A stretch of DNA of 59,022 nucleotides, counting the filler, from Porpidia crustulata (Eukaryota), in the NCBI GenBank assembly GCA_964255105.1. It is 5 parts of 5 records of this genome, joined end to end, with 100 filler letters (N's around TTAATTAATTAA, not from the genome) between each part and the next. Parts side by side here need not be neighbours in the genome. Positions count along the whole stretch, not along the records: positions 1 to 11,736 come from CAXUWE010000609.1; 4 more parts are not named here. One strand, written 5' to 3'. Shown here one piece after another: positions 1 to 11,836 of this stretch (position 1 is the stretch's first letter; each line of letters begins with the position of its first letter). The notes under the pieces were generated by a model that was not told the DNA's origin, ran no database searches, and saw only the letters and a list, made by a program, of their open reading frames with translations. The position numbers and the translations under genes are program-made.

Positions 1-688
1 GTTGTTGTTGTTCACTGGTTTGAATGGTCTGCGCTTTTTGTTTGGGTGAAGGAGTGTTGAGAGGGTTCAAGTGAAAATGCAGATTGATGCTTGATGGGCG
101 TTTAGGAGCAACCTACATGTGATCTCTTAAGCGATGGGTAGCTATGGAAATAGGAGCAATGGATTTTAGATTCCTGAAAGAGATATCGAGGCGCCCGTAA
201 CTGCAGGGAAATTTCGAGGAACGCAGTGAGAGATTATGACAGTGAATTGTTTTGTCACAGAACCTGCTGCCCCCGAAGACATTGACGTGGTAAATCGTAG
301 CCCCCATCTGATATCTTATGTGCTTATCGGTGGCTCACGATAAGCCTTGAGCCAAACTTCGCATAAGCGGGATGGTACAAATCTCCGCCAAGGCTGCGGT
401 GACTATCTTCAGACGTCAGTCTGTTCGTTGCCAATCTCGATTACTCGAAACCAGATCCGCCGATGGGTATTTATAACTTGCATGAGCTTAATACGGTAAC
501 TCTCCCACACTTCTAGGGCGCACGAGGATGAAGCGGGCACCGAACTGTGCATTAGGTCCGGCACCCCATTTGACGACGTGGTGGATGTGCTTGACCTGCG
601 CTCAATATAACATCATGAGCCCTATATATCAAAGGACGCGATATTCAGATCATACTTCATTTGAGTCTAGAGATAGGAAGGCAGCGCG

Positions 689-2068
689 ATGGCGTATCTG
701 ATAGGCGACCGCATCAACCAGCCCGCAAAGCACCATGAATCTATCAAGGCACTGTGGGAGACGAAGTGGAAGTTTCCGGTGAGTGAATCAGATGGGTTTA
801 TAATATCGAGGGCTTGCTGAATGGTCATGAAGTGCAAAATCGGGGTGTATCCGTTCATGGATTGTAAACTTGAAGATTTCGAAACCATCTTCGTCAAGCT
901 GATCGAGGCTGACACCCGTCCTCCCTATGATTTTGACGTCTATGCGGATCATTTCTTTCCTGGCGCTGAAGCGCTGGTAGGCAAGGCCCGCGCTGCCGAG
1001 GAATCTTCCAATCTCTCCGAGGCTTCTACCTTATACCTTCGCGCCGCGGCACTCTACCGCATCGCGCGCTTTCCCATTCCCCGTTCGCCGAAGCAGAAAG
1101 AAGCCTGGAAACTGAATAAAGAGACCTATGAGGCCGGTGCGCGATTGCTCCCGGGAAAGTTCAGTGCCGTGCAGGTTCCGCATACCCATGCGATCGAAGG
1201 GGAGGGAGCTCATATCCCGGTTTATATGCGTCTTCCAGAGCATGCGTCGCCTGATTCCCCGGTCCCCGTTGTTCTCCAGATCTTTGGTCTTGATGGTCGC
1301 CGGACGGAATTTACACCCAACTCGACTGCGTTCTTGGAACGAGGTTGGGGTGGCATAGCTGTCGAGATTCCGGGCACTGGCGACTGTCCGTCGTTGAAAC
1401 AAGACCCCCTAGCCCCCGATCGCTTGTGGTCATCTCTATTGGACTGGATGGATGCGCAGAAGGAGCTGGACTCCAAGAAGACGGTTGCGTGGGGCTTGTC
1501 GACGGGTGGATACTATGCAATGAGGCTGGCACATACGCATCAGTCGAGAGTGGCGGGGGTAGTGGTACAGGGAGGAGGTTGTCATCGTATGTTTGAGGCC
1601 GAGTGGATTGAGAAGATTGACCACCTTGAGTATCCGTTTGAGTAAGTCACGCTCTCTGCCCGAACTTTTGTGCGATGTATGTGCTTACGGTTACCAGCCT
1701 GGGGGAGTGTTTGGCGGAGAAGTGGGGTTACAAGAATGTAGAGGCAATGAAGAAAGATGCGATGAAAAGGTTCTCGTTGCTAGAGAATAAAATCCTGGAC
1801 CTGCCGAGCACGCGGTTATTGCTCGTAAACGTACGTGCAATGACAACATTTCTTTTGCCGAGCTGATGCGATCTAATAGGGCATGAACGATTCGATTTTC
1901 CCCATCGAGGATTCATTGATAGCTCTGGAACATGGTAATGTCAAAGAGGCTAGGTTTATTCCCAATGGCGTGCACATGGGCGAGCCTGCTGCTGGGCCCA
2001 TCATTTTAAATTGGGTCGCAGGTATTCTGGGGCTTACCACGGCATCGAAGGCAAACGGTCATGCTTAG
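689..2068 (+). CDS. ayg1: Ayg1-like alpha/beta hydrolase (polyketide chain-shortening hydrolase family of DHN-melanin pathways), 4 exons
   Basis: Exons 689-778, 833-1641, 1698-1830 and 1880-2068 join in frame at GT..AG sites. Protein has HHESIKALWETKWKFPCKIGVYPF, YLRAAALYRIARFP, GLDGRRT, nucleophile motif GLSTGG, LEYPFDL, D.IFPIED and HMGEP, all characteristic of Ayg1. Confidence 0.88.
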
Positions 2069-2399
2069 ATTGACTGGCACCTTGTTATTATGGTGAAAGT
2101 ATTTGGCTCTCTGTTGGCATCTTCTTCTCGGTGTGCAAAAAGATATCAATATTCGAGAACGTTACGGGATCTTGGTGGTGAAACGCTAGTGTGTAGATTC
2201 GGCCGATCTACGTCATGGTTTACGATATGTACACTCAATACTGAGCATCATGAGCCCACTATCAATCACTCCAGTTGCACCCGCCATAAATTTCCAATTG
2301 CGAACTGCTGCTTCATATTACAAATTCGTAACTCATCCAGACCCAGAGTCCATCGCAAGGACGCTGTGACCATCAACAAGCTACATCGCATCATCTATC

Positions 2400-2855
2400 A
2401 TGTCTAGACTCCGAACGTCCCTGATCTTCCGCCCTGTCTCCGCAGCACGATCCACTCCTTGTCCATTTCTGCCGCTTAGACCGTTACAGCAAAAGCGTCA
2501 CGCTGGCCAAGACTACGGCTCTGGACAGGGAGACCCAAAAGGCGAAAATCCCCAAGACCAAGGCTCGAACCCATCGGCAGATCTAGAACACCCTGGCCCA
2601 CCACCACCGTCAGTCGGCCAAGGCACAGGAGGAGGTCCCACAAAGGCGCATGACCGAGGCCATAACTCACAGCAGAAAACACCTAGTGGCGGAGGGAGCA
2701 GTGGAGGTTCAGGCAGTGATGCAAAACCGAAGATTCACGACTCGAAGGTTCCGACAGAGGAGAGTGAAGAAGTGAGGAAACACAACGAGGATATGGAGAA
2801 GAGGCATGGCCGTTCATATAATCAGATCAACGATGATGGAAAGGTCGAGAAATGA
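2400..2855 (+). CDS. Conserved fungal hypothetical protein with mitochondrial-presequence-like N-terminus; C-terminus apparently truncated by nonsense codons
   Basis: 151-aa ORF with an Arg/Ser-rich acid-free N-terminus, then QDYGSGQGDPKGENPQDQG...LEHPGPPPP...EEVRKHNEDM, a motif set I recognise from uncharacterised Pezizomycotina proteins. Confidence 0.7.
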   Translation: MSRLRTSLIFRPVSAARSTPCPFLPLRPLQQKRHAGQDYGSGQGDPKGENPQDQGSNPSADLEHPGPPPPSVGQGTGGGPTKAHDRGHNSQQKTPSGGGSSGGSGSDAKPKIHDSKVPTEESEEVRKHNEDMEKRHGRSYNQINDDGKVEK

Positions 2856-3612
2856 TTCTGAAGCGGTCAGCAGTAGCCAATGCCTCCCATGGAATCATGT
2901 GGAACTAATAGATTCTTTCACATTAAGGTGGTGATGATCGAAAGTCATGATACCTTGGAATCGACAGTAAGAAACATAAGCATAGGATGGAAGGCAGGTT
3001 TGTACATATGGGAATAATGCGATTGGGCGTACGCTATTCGAATGTCGTACATGGTAACATCAGATCTACGTGAATGGACGAAATGCAGGGATTCGAGCGC
3101 TCTTGGCGGGATATGGTGGCATTTTGAATCTGAACAGATTGCACCTCGATGTATGATGATCGTGTATGACTTGGTTGACATAACTTTTGTATCAGTCGCT
3201 GCATCGAGATATTGTTAAATCCCTAAGAATCAAATCGCACTACAGCACACAGCAAGTTTCATTTTTTTGACGTAATATGATCTTTCGTTGGGTGAATTGG
3301 CGTGAAAATGACCAATTTATTCTGATCATTCTTTGGTATTTAAGCTCTATACAATCATACTGAGACTTCGAGTGTGAATGTTGATGATTTACTATCATAT
3401 AGCCGTAGGGCTGTGATAGGTTGTAAACAAATTACGTCACTTTTCGAATTGTCTACTACCTTACCGCCTCTCTTGTACCTTGTTTGTTGTTTGCACTGTA
3501 GACCTCACGTCACTGCTAATCATCATAGTATGTTGTTGCCATCTATTCCATTTGGGATTTCTTTCTGATTTTAATGCTGATCATAGAGAAGTTTTAAGAA
3601 ACCCCAGTCAAG

Positions 3613-5611
3613 ATGAGAATCTCGTTGTCCTCCATTTTGGTCCTGGCCTTGGCTGCAGAAAGCACTGTCGCAAGCTCGTGGTTTGGCAAAGCTGGTGAGT
3701 TGGTCAGCGCGACAATTTGTTCTCCTCAAGTTCGCCTCAAGAACTGCGGTATCGTAGGCTGGAATCATCGCAATCGGCTGGATTATCACCGTGAAATATT
3801 CGGGTCAACCTATTCATTCACCATCGAAATCATCGCCTGCTCTAACTTGCGTCTGACACGGATTATGGAGAAAGTTCGCTAACAGTTCATTAGTATACAA
3901 CAAGTGGCATGAGACCGAGTTAGAGAGATGGTTGTCAGATCACAATGTACCCTACCCTACACCGGCGGACCGGAAAGACCTCGAGAACCTAGTAAAGAGC
4001 AACTGGCAATCGAAGGTGTCCTCACCATACTCCGACTGGGAACCGGCTCAACTGCAGTCCTATATCAAGGCGAAAGGCCATGATGTCCAAAAAGGTTCGG
4101 AGTCAAATAAGAACAGTCTCGTCAACCAAGTCAAGAGCTACTGGCACGAGAGCGCAGACAGTGCCTCGGATTCGTACAGCAGTGTAAAGGGGTGGATTTT
4201 TGACGGGTACTTTCTTCTCCCATAGAGGGAGACATCATATACTGATATGTTCTATGTAGCTGGACAGACTCCCAGCTCAAGGCATTTCTTGATAAACACG
4301 GCATACCATCTCCGCAGCCCCGTAAGCGTGACACAATGTTGACGACGGTCCGTCAAAACTACGAGTCCATAGCCAAAAAGCTAGGCGAGACTGCTCATTA
4401 TCCTGGCAATTGGCTCTACGAGGCATGGACAGAATCGGATCTTAAGGAGTTTCTTGATGAGCGCGGAGTCCCCGTGCCGCAGCCCACTACCCGTGACAAG
4501 CTCATCGCCCAGGTTCGGAGACATTCCCGCCTTTCCGCACAGAGTATGAATGAAGCTGCAGCTTCTGCATCTTCTTCTGCCAAGGCAGCAAAGGAGAGTA
4601 TGAGCGACGTCATCCTCGACGCCTGGAGTGATAGTCAGATCAAGGATTGGGCCGACAAGAACGGTATCAAGGTGCCTCAAGGTTCTAAACGTAACGAATT
4701 ACTAGCACTCGCAAAGAAGCACCGTGCATCTTTGACCGGCGATAAAGTCTTGTCCTCTGGATCTAGTGCTCTGAACGCTGCTACTACCAAAGCTGGAAAT
4801 GAATACGCCAAAGCCACTAATGATGCTTCACTCAAGAGCCAAGAGACATTCGACAGTGCTATTAGCGCCTGGAGCGATAGCCGTCTTAAGGCATTCCTCG
4901 ATGCTCGCGGGGTTCCTGTTCCTCAAGGTGGAAAGAAGGACGAGCTCATCGCTCAAGTCCGACTCAATAAGAACAAGGCTGCCTCCGGATGGTCTGCATG
5001 GACTTTCGACACTTGGACTACCGAGAACCTCAAGTGAGCTATTGCTCTTCAATGTATTACATTACTGCTTCTGTGTAACTAACGCAATTAGGAAATGGCT
5101 GTCAAACCAAAACAACAAGGCCGTCAGTAAGGCTGGCGCCTCCCGGGACGATCTGCTCAAGCAAGCACAAGACAGTTATGCCAAGGCCTCCAAGGCCGGC
5201 GGAAGCAACTTTGCTTCGGCAACTTCTTACCTAGCCTCTGCCACGGACGCCGCTAAGGACACTACTTTTGACACCTGGTCCGACTCGGAACTCAAGTCGT
5301 ACCTCGACTCGTACGGCATGCCAGCGTACCAAGGCAGCACCACCAACGAGCTTAAGGCTGCTGCACGCCGTAATGCTAACTACTTCCGCTATGGTACATC
5401 TACTCCTTCGGAAACCATCTTCGCTAGGATTTCCAACGGAGCGCAATGGGTCCTTGATCAACTCAAGATCGGAGCTGCTAGTGGCCGCAAGGAAGCCGGG
5501 TACCAGGGCGAGAAGGCGGCTGACGCGGTGAAGGAGGGTGTCAAAACGGCTACCAACCGCGCGGGGGAAGCTACCCAGAGGGCTGGTGACAAGGTTAAGG
5601 AGGAATTGTAA
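3613..5611 (+). CDS. ish1: Ish1/Msc1-family stress-response nuclear envelope/ER protein, 4 exons
   Basis: Signal peptide MRISLSSILVLALAA. Introns 3695-3893, 4207-4259 and 5034-5091. Repeated W[ST][DE]S[DQ]LK..LD..G.P.P Ish1 motifs. C-terminal KEEL ER-retention signal. Confidence 0.88.
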
Positions 5612-6559
5612 AGGACGGCGGTGTCATGCAAGCATTCCAGGTCAGACAAGACCAACAAAAGCGGGCAAAGGAAATGAATTTCTCGGTCTACGAGTGAAAG
5701 GTAGCGGTTATGTTGTGCTCTGTACCACTAGTATGTAGTCAGCAAAATACGAGGATTTCATAGGGCCCCCATCTTTTATCCCCACCATTCGACATGCGCT
5801 GAATTATGCCCGAATACGTCCACGGAAAAGCACCAACGGCCAATGGCTATAATTATGATTCCAACATGATGCTCGCGTGGCGGGTGCGGAGAATTCAGCA
5901 GCATGGCGAATCCATGACTACAGCAAACGGGAAAGACTTGTCCCGTGTTATTCGAAAGCAACTAGACTGTACTACTACAAACCACCCACCGAACCAACTA
6001 ACATACACAGTAGTACTGACCTACTCTTGGCCTTTCTTGGGAATGGGCCGGCGGAAGTCATTCGAAGGGTCTGACCGCCATTAGCGCTTGTACTCCTAGT
6101 ACCAAGACGACCAAGCTTGATACAAACAGGCACAGCCATACACAGCATCACCCCCGTATTACCACTACCACTACCTACATACCTTACAGCTCGCCCTTTA
6201 AACCTCCCGCTAAATGCGGCAAACCCTCACGGGCACATCGGTACACTTCCGAGGTTGCCTTCTCTTTACTCAGACAAGTCAAGAATTGATAGCCTAACAG
6301 GATGGTTGCCTCGTCTCTCCATATTACCATGCCCTACCCCATCATATTCCTCTGTTATACGCCAGTCCCCACCTTTCCCCCGCAAAAGACGAGACGACTG
6401 GCTATGTCAGCCAAAGCGGGAGGAGCTTCGAAGGAACGGAAGTGGAGAGAAGAGCAGTGATTACTACAATAATACACTGACTCAGACTGTCCCCCTGGCG
6501 TCGAGCTGGAACTCTCGGGAAAGTACACTCGCTATATATCTACACTATCAACACTCGCT

Positions 6560-7751
6560 ATGGGATCTATCATGGCTCCGACTAAACCTACCATTCTCCA
6601 CCTCGGAGCCCCAATCGAACACAACCTCAGCCTACACAAGCGTATGCTCTCTCAATTCGATATCATCAACCCTCCACTTTCTGACCTGGAAAAACCTGCT
6701 TTCATCCGACACCTCAAAGCGAGGACATGGGGCGACTTCGACGCCATCATGAGACCCTTCTGGAACACCGGGGGGCAGATGGGCGACTGGGACAAGGAGT
6801 TGATTGAGCTACTGCCAAGAAGTGTGAAGGTGTATGCTAGTGCTGGGGCGGGATACGATTGGGTTGATGTGGACTGTCTGAGCGAACATGGTGAGTTGGA
6901 GAGCCAAGGGTCCATACGATGGGGAAGTCCACAATACTTTCTCCAGGAATGAACCTTGAGGTTTCAGGAGGAAAAGAACTCATTTGAGAGCAGAGGCTGA
7001 CTCCACTTACTCAGGCATCCTCTACTGCAATGGTGCAGGAGCTTCTACGGAAGCTGTGGCCGACATGGCCCTCTATCACATCATTTCCGTATTTCGTAAC
7101 ATGACCTGGTCCCACCTGGCCGCTCGCTCACTCGATGAGGAAAAGTGGTGGGATGCTCACTACAATATTCCGGCCGTCTCTCACAATCCTCGTGGCCACA
7201 GTCTGGGTATAATTGGGCTCGGGAACATTGGCTACGCCATCGCTCAAAAAGCATACACCACGTTTGGTATGAGGATTCTCTACAATGATACTAATAGGAA
7301 ACCCCGAGAGCGGGAAGAAGCGGTGCATGCCACTTTCTACCAAAGTCTAGATGATATGCTGGGCATCTCCGACTGCGTCCTGATCGCCATCCCCTCCTCT
7401 GGAAAAGCCTTGGTCACAGCCTCGACTCTCGCAAAGTTCAAGCGCGGCTCCCGCCTTGTAAATATTGCCCGTGGCAAACTTGTGGATGAGGCAGCGCTTG
7501 CTGACGCAATTGAATCGGGACACGTATCTGCTGCTGGGTTAGATGTGCATTTCGATGAACCGAATGTCAGTAAAAGACTGGTAAGGTCCTTAAACGTGAC
7601 GGTGACGAGCCATACTGGTGGGGGGGCGTTTGAGACGATTGTGGGGTTTGAGAGATTGGCTATGCAAAATGTCGAAAAGGTGCTGAATGGAGAGCCAGCA
7701 ATCACTGGCGTCAACGAGCATCGCATGAAGTCGTTTACTAATGGACACTAA
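6560..7751 (+). CDS. D-isomer-specific 2-hydroxyacid dehydrogenase (glyoxylate/hydroxypyruvate reductase-like), 2 exons
   Basis: Intron 6891-7014. Motifs SAGAGYDWVD, Rossmann GIIGLGNIG, LVNIARG, AGLDVHFDEP and SHTGG. Confidence 0.9.
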
Positions 7752-10700
7752 CAAGGATGGCGGTTGTCTGACCAATTTTGGCGGTCTTTTGTCGCACGTT
7801 TGACTACATTGGCGAGTCAATGGAGTAACTATGGGGCGCTCGCCGTGATGTTGAAAACCTCTACATTCAGTTTCCCTGATAGGGCAAGGATTTCACGGCA
7901 ACAACGGCGTGAGTATGGCAAATGTGGATTCTGTGATTTGGCCTTTACATTCAAGTCTACCTTCTCTTGGCGCTTTCAACCAGTGATTTGTATTACAATA
8001 CTTCATAGATTTTCTTAATACATTACTTTACCCTCTACCACCCCAATTTTTTCTTGTATGTTGCAGAGACGTATCGCCTTAGTGCCTTGTTTCCTTGTCG
8101 TTGCTTCCCGTCTTGGAAGTTATTATGACATACCCGCACAAAAGCCCATCTGGCCTCTTGAAAAACATATTGTGGAGCCTGATATCTAGGTAAAACCCCT
8201 AGAATGTGCTATCGCCACGTTCAGACAAAGATATAAACGACGCATGGTTTAGTAAATGCGGGTCACTGGTGCGAGCAGTAGCAGAAGAGCGGATAGATCC
8301 AACTGTGATGGCTAAGGTTAACAAGTTGAAAGGCAATCCAAGCAAGATCACTGTACTGCATGAGCATCAGGCAACCATCAAAGAATCAGTACAGTGTCGT
8401 ATATGCAGAGGCCGTTTCAAACGGGATACGAAGTATACACTTGTCGGAACATGGTCCCGGTTGGGTATCGACTTTAACGATTCATCAAATAATCCTCGAG
8501 TCAAGCAGGCAGCAAAGAAGGCAAATACAACCGTCGGAAGCAATAACAGCTTCCGAAGCTCGAAATCAAGTTACAGATCAATTCGACAAGCAGCCACATC
8601 AGTCGTGCATCAATCCTCGACTCTACTACTTTATCAAGGAATCTGAAGCCAGATCAGGTAGGCATTTCCTATTGTCACAAAGTACAAAAGTACGAAGTGT
8701 ATATCCGCAGGAAGCACAGCATCCATCTATTGTAAGGCGTCATTTTCTTGATGATGTGCAGCTGTCCCGTCCTTAACGCGTTGCTAACGCACGACCGGAG
8801 CAAGAGCATGGAAACAAGTAAAGTGAGGCGAGACGGACTGTATGAGCCAAGGGACTATATGCAATCCATTATCCGCTACATCTAGCCCTGCAGCATACAA
8901 CGAAGCAAACCACGAGAGAAAATGTGATCTGGAGATTATCATGAGACAAGACAAACTTCATCAACAAGTAGGCAGAAGTTCGGGTAGTGCGCGAGAGGCT
9001 AAGCCATTCGTCTCAGATAGCAGTGTTTCCGTGCTCGTCCTTTTTACGACGGACTGAGTAAAGCCTGCCGGCGATCAGGGAATTCTAACCCTATACTTAA
9101 CAGCCATGACAATGATGAGTCTGACTTTAGGGCCTGGAAGGGCTATGAGCGGTACTGATATTAATGTCGATTAAGTGATGCGTAAATCGCCTCACATTGA
9201 ATGTAGGTCAGCGTGTAATCGAGCATCTTCCTCATCAAAAATGGATGTCCATCGACCTGGATTCGTGGTGAAAGGGCTGTTAAGATGTTTGATTAGAAGG
9301 GGAAGAGGTAGTCTCATTCTTTCCTATCTATATTGGCAATGGTTACCATTATGGGCAAATCGAAATGCTTTGGTAGAGGAAATTGTCATTGACATAGCAG
9401 GCAGACGGGCAACAACACGTTCTACCACGCAGGCGATCCAGACATCCTTTTGGCTGGTCACACAGGTCAAATTGTGTAGCACGAAGCTCCAATGTGACCT
9501 AAGCGCAACAACGGACGATGAAATACTCTAGAATAGTTGGTTTACGCGCAGGCGCTACGCCTAGGGCATCATCACCAACTGAAACGACAATGCTGGATGA
9601 CAATCGAGATCAAGTGAGGTAATGAATCAAGTCAAGCATCGTGAGTGAAGAGCTGAAATGCGAGTGATCAAGGGCGGCATAATACAAGTTCGGGCGATAC
9701 AATGCATACTGCGCCTACAGACCATACCACAGTAAGGCATATAATCTGAAACCCATCCTCATCCGAAGCAGCAGCACCTCGAACAGGGAGAAGCGTTCGA
9801 ATATAACCGAATACTAGCCTTTCATAAATCATGACCGTTCTTCTCCGACAAGGATACCACAATGCAAAAAGAATTCAAGTTTGGGGAAAAAGAACCCGAA
9901 TGAAAAGACATAAGCTTTTAAGATGCATATAATCAAGAAACGCGAAATAACCCTATTGCATGACAGATCTTTACTCTAAATAGGCAGAAGCACAGACGGA
10001 GATCGATGATGGTGATTCTAAATTTGGCCTCCACGAGCCTTGAGATAAACTCGCTCCAACCAAGCTACTACGATGAGAACGCACAGCTTGCCATTCTCCC
10101 GAATCCGAGTTACATATCAATATACTCAGTGTTGCGGACCAACGAATCCACAGAAGCTGGCCAGTGTAAGGGATAGATGCTTATGGCGGGAAGGTATACA
10201 TTGAATCGTCAGGATAGACCCGATCGCGATAACTCTTTAGTGCATATTTTACTCAGCCATAATATGGGGGCCTCGAATTCACATCATCCCGAAAAAGGGG
10301 TGTTACCTACGGCCGAGTAGGTGAAAGCTGCGATGCAGCATGCACGAAAAGCAGACGCCAGATTTCCGGACGTAGGAGAATGCACGCGAGTCCAAGCCCG
10401 CACTTTGGAAACACTCAAACCCGAATCGCCTCGTTCATACCAGCGGCTGCATCGAATAGCAGGAATCCAATGTAGTCTCGACTCAACGCGTGATCATACA
10501 CGGGGATGCTCGAGCCCAAAGCGGTCTCCGGCGCTCAACAAGAATCATCTCACCTGATTTCCCAAAACGGTCACGATCTACTCACGCCGCTCGGAAGGTA
10601 TGAGCACGTGGACAAGGCCCGGGTGCAGGGAAGAGTGGATGGACACAGACATTCTCAAGCACGCTCAGCAAGAAGCACAGCGGGCCGTCTTTTGTGCTAC

Positions 10701-11736
10701 CCACGCTCACTGGAAGCGCTCCATAGAATTCTCGCTGTGTATGCAGCCAGCCAGAGTGTCGTTCCAGATGTGAGGAGGGGCTCAGGCGCGCCAAGCAATA
10801 ATCACCACAGGCCCGTGAGGTGGGATACCAGGAGAATCGGGATGTGGGGTTTGTGTCACCGATGGATTTCTTGTGAGTGTAGGAATGGGAGGTATGTGAC
10901 AGCTGGAAATTGAGGTTTGCCGAGAGGCTGGGGGAAAGGGGGGGATTGTGTTCTCCAAAAACGACACGGGTTGCTTGGTTTGAGAAGACAAAGAGAAGTC
11001 CTTGGATTTAGTGTGGACTGATGCTAATGAAGCTAGGACAGGGCGTTTGACTTACGTCCATCGTTACCGACGCTCTGTCGGCGTCCTCTGTTACTCTTGA
11101 GCCATGTCAAGAGTGGAAATCAACGGCGTTTCAGCTCCATTGAACGCAGGACAATATTTTCTCATCCTCAAGACTGAAGATCAGGAAATCAAAATATCTT
11201 CTCAGAACAATCACTGTGGAATAGGTATCGGAGCAGGATACAAACATATCCCAGCCCGTCGAAGTCGTGGACCGGGCTCGGGTCAGAACATACGTTCAAA
11301 CCAAAGCACGCTGTTTCCACCTGCACGCTCTAATGAGGGAACAATATCCCAATGAGATGAGAAGACTTCTCAGCGGAAGTAAGAGAGGTGGAAAGGGAAC
11401 CGCGGGGTGGATATCAAAACGCGGATTTACAACGGATCGAGCTTTTTCTATAGGTTAAAAGGAGGTCAAGGTGAGATTAAAAGATAGCGATTAGAAACGA
11501 AGGAAGGGGAGATGGGAGTACGGGGCCGTGGGTATAGAAATATGGCGGTTGGGAGGGGACATTAAAGACTTGGGTAAGGAAAATAGGGATTTGTAGGTGT
11601 GGAAACAAGAAACGGTACAAGTGAGTTGGGCTGTCCAAGAAATCGTTTTTACGAGAGGCTGGGTCGTGGGAATATATATATAGTTTTTTGCGAAAGATGG
11701 TAAGCATGGGAAAGAGGATGGGGAGGCGTATTGGAG

Positions 11737-11836
11737 NNNNNNNNNNNNNNNNNNNNNNNNNNNNNNNNNNNNNNNNNNNNTTAATTAATTAANNNNNNNN
11801 NNNNNNNNNNNNNNNNNNNNNNNNNNNNNNNNNNNN
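11737..11836. other. Artificial contig-joining linker
   Basis: 44 N + TTAATTAATTAA (stop codons in all six frames) + 44 N. Confidence 0.97.

Noticed and set aside
6117..6752. 211-aa ORF overlapping the dehydrogenase start
   Set aside because: TTG start, overlaps the real gene out of frame, and its composition is promoter/UTR-like.
7764..11736. Short ORFs in the gene-poor end of contig 1 (e.g. 8206-8646 with CxxC, 10506-10913 with a downstream intron-like signal)
   Set aside because: No recognisable domain, several have non-ATG starts, and no coherent exon chain could be built.
11781..11792. TTAATTAATTAA palindrome recurring about every 11.8 kb, superficially like a regularly spaced repeat or TE target site
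   Set aside because: Always embedded in identical N runs; it is an assembly linker.
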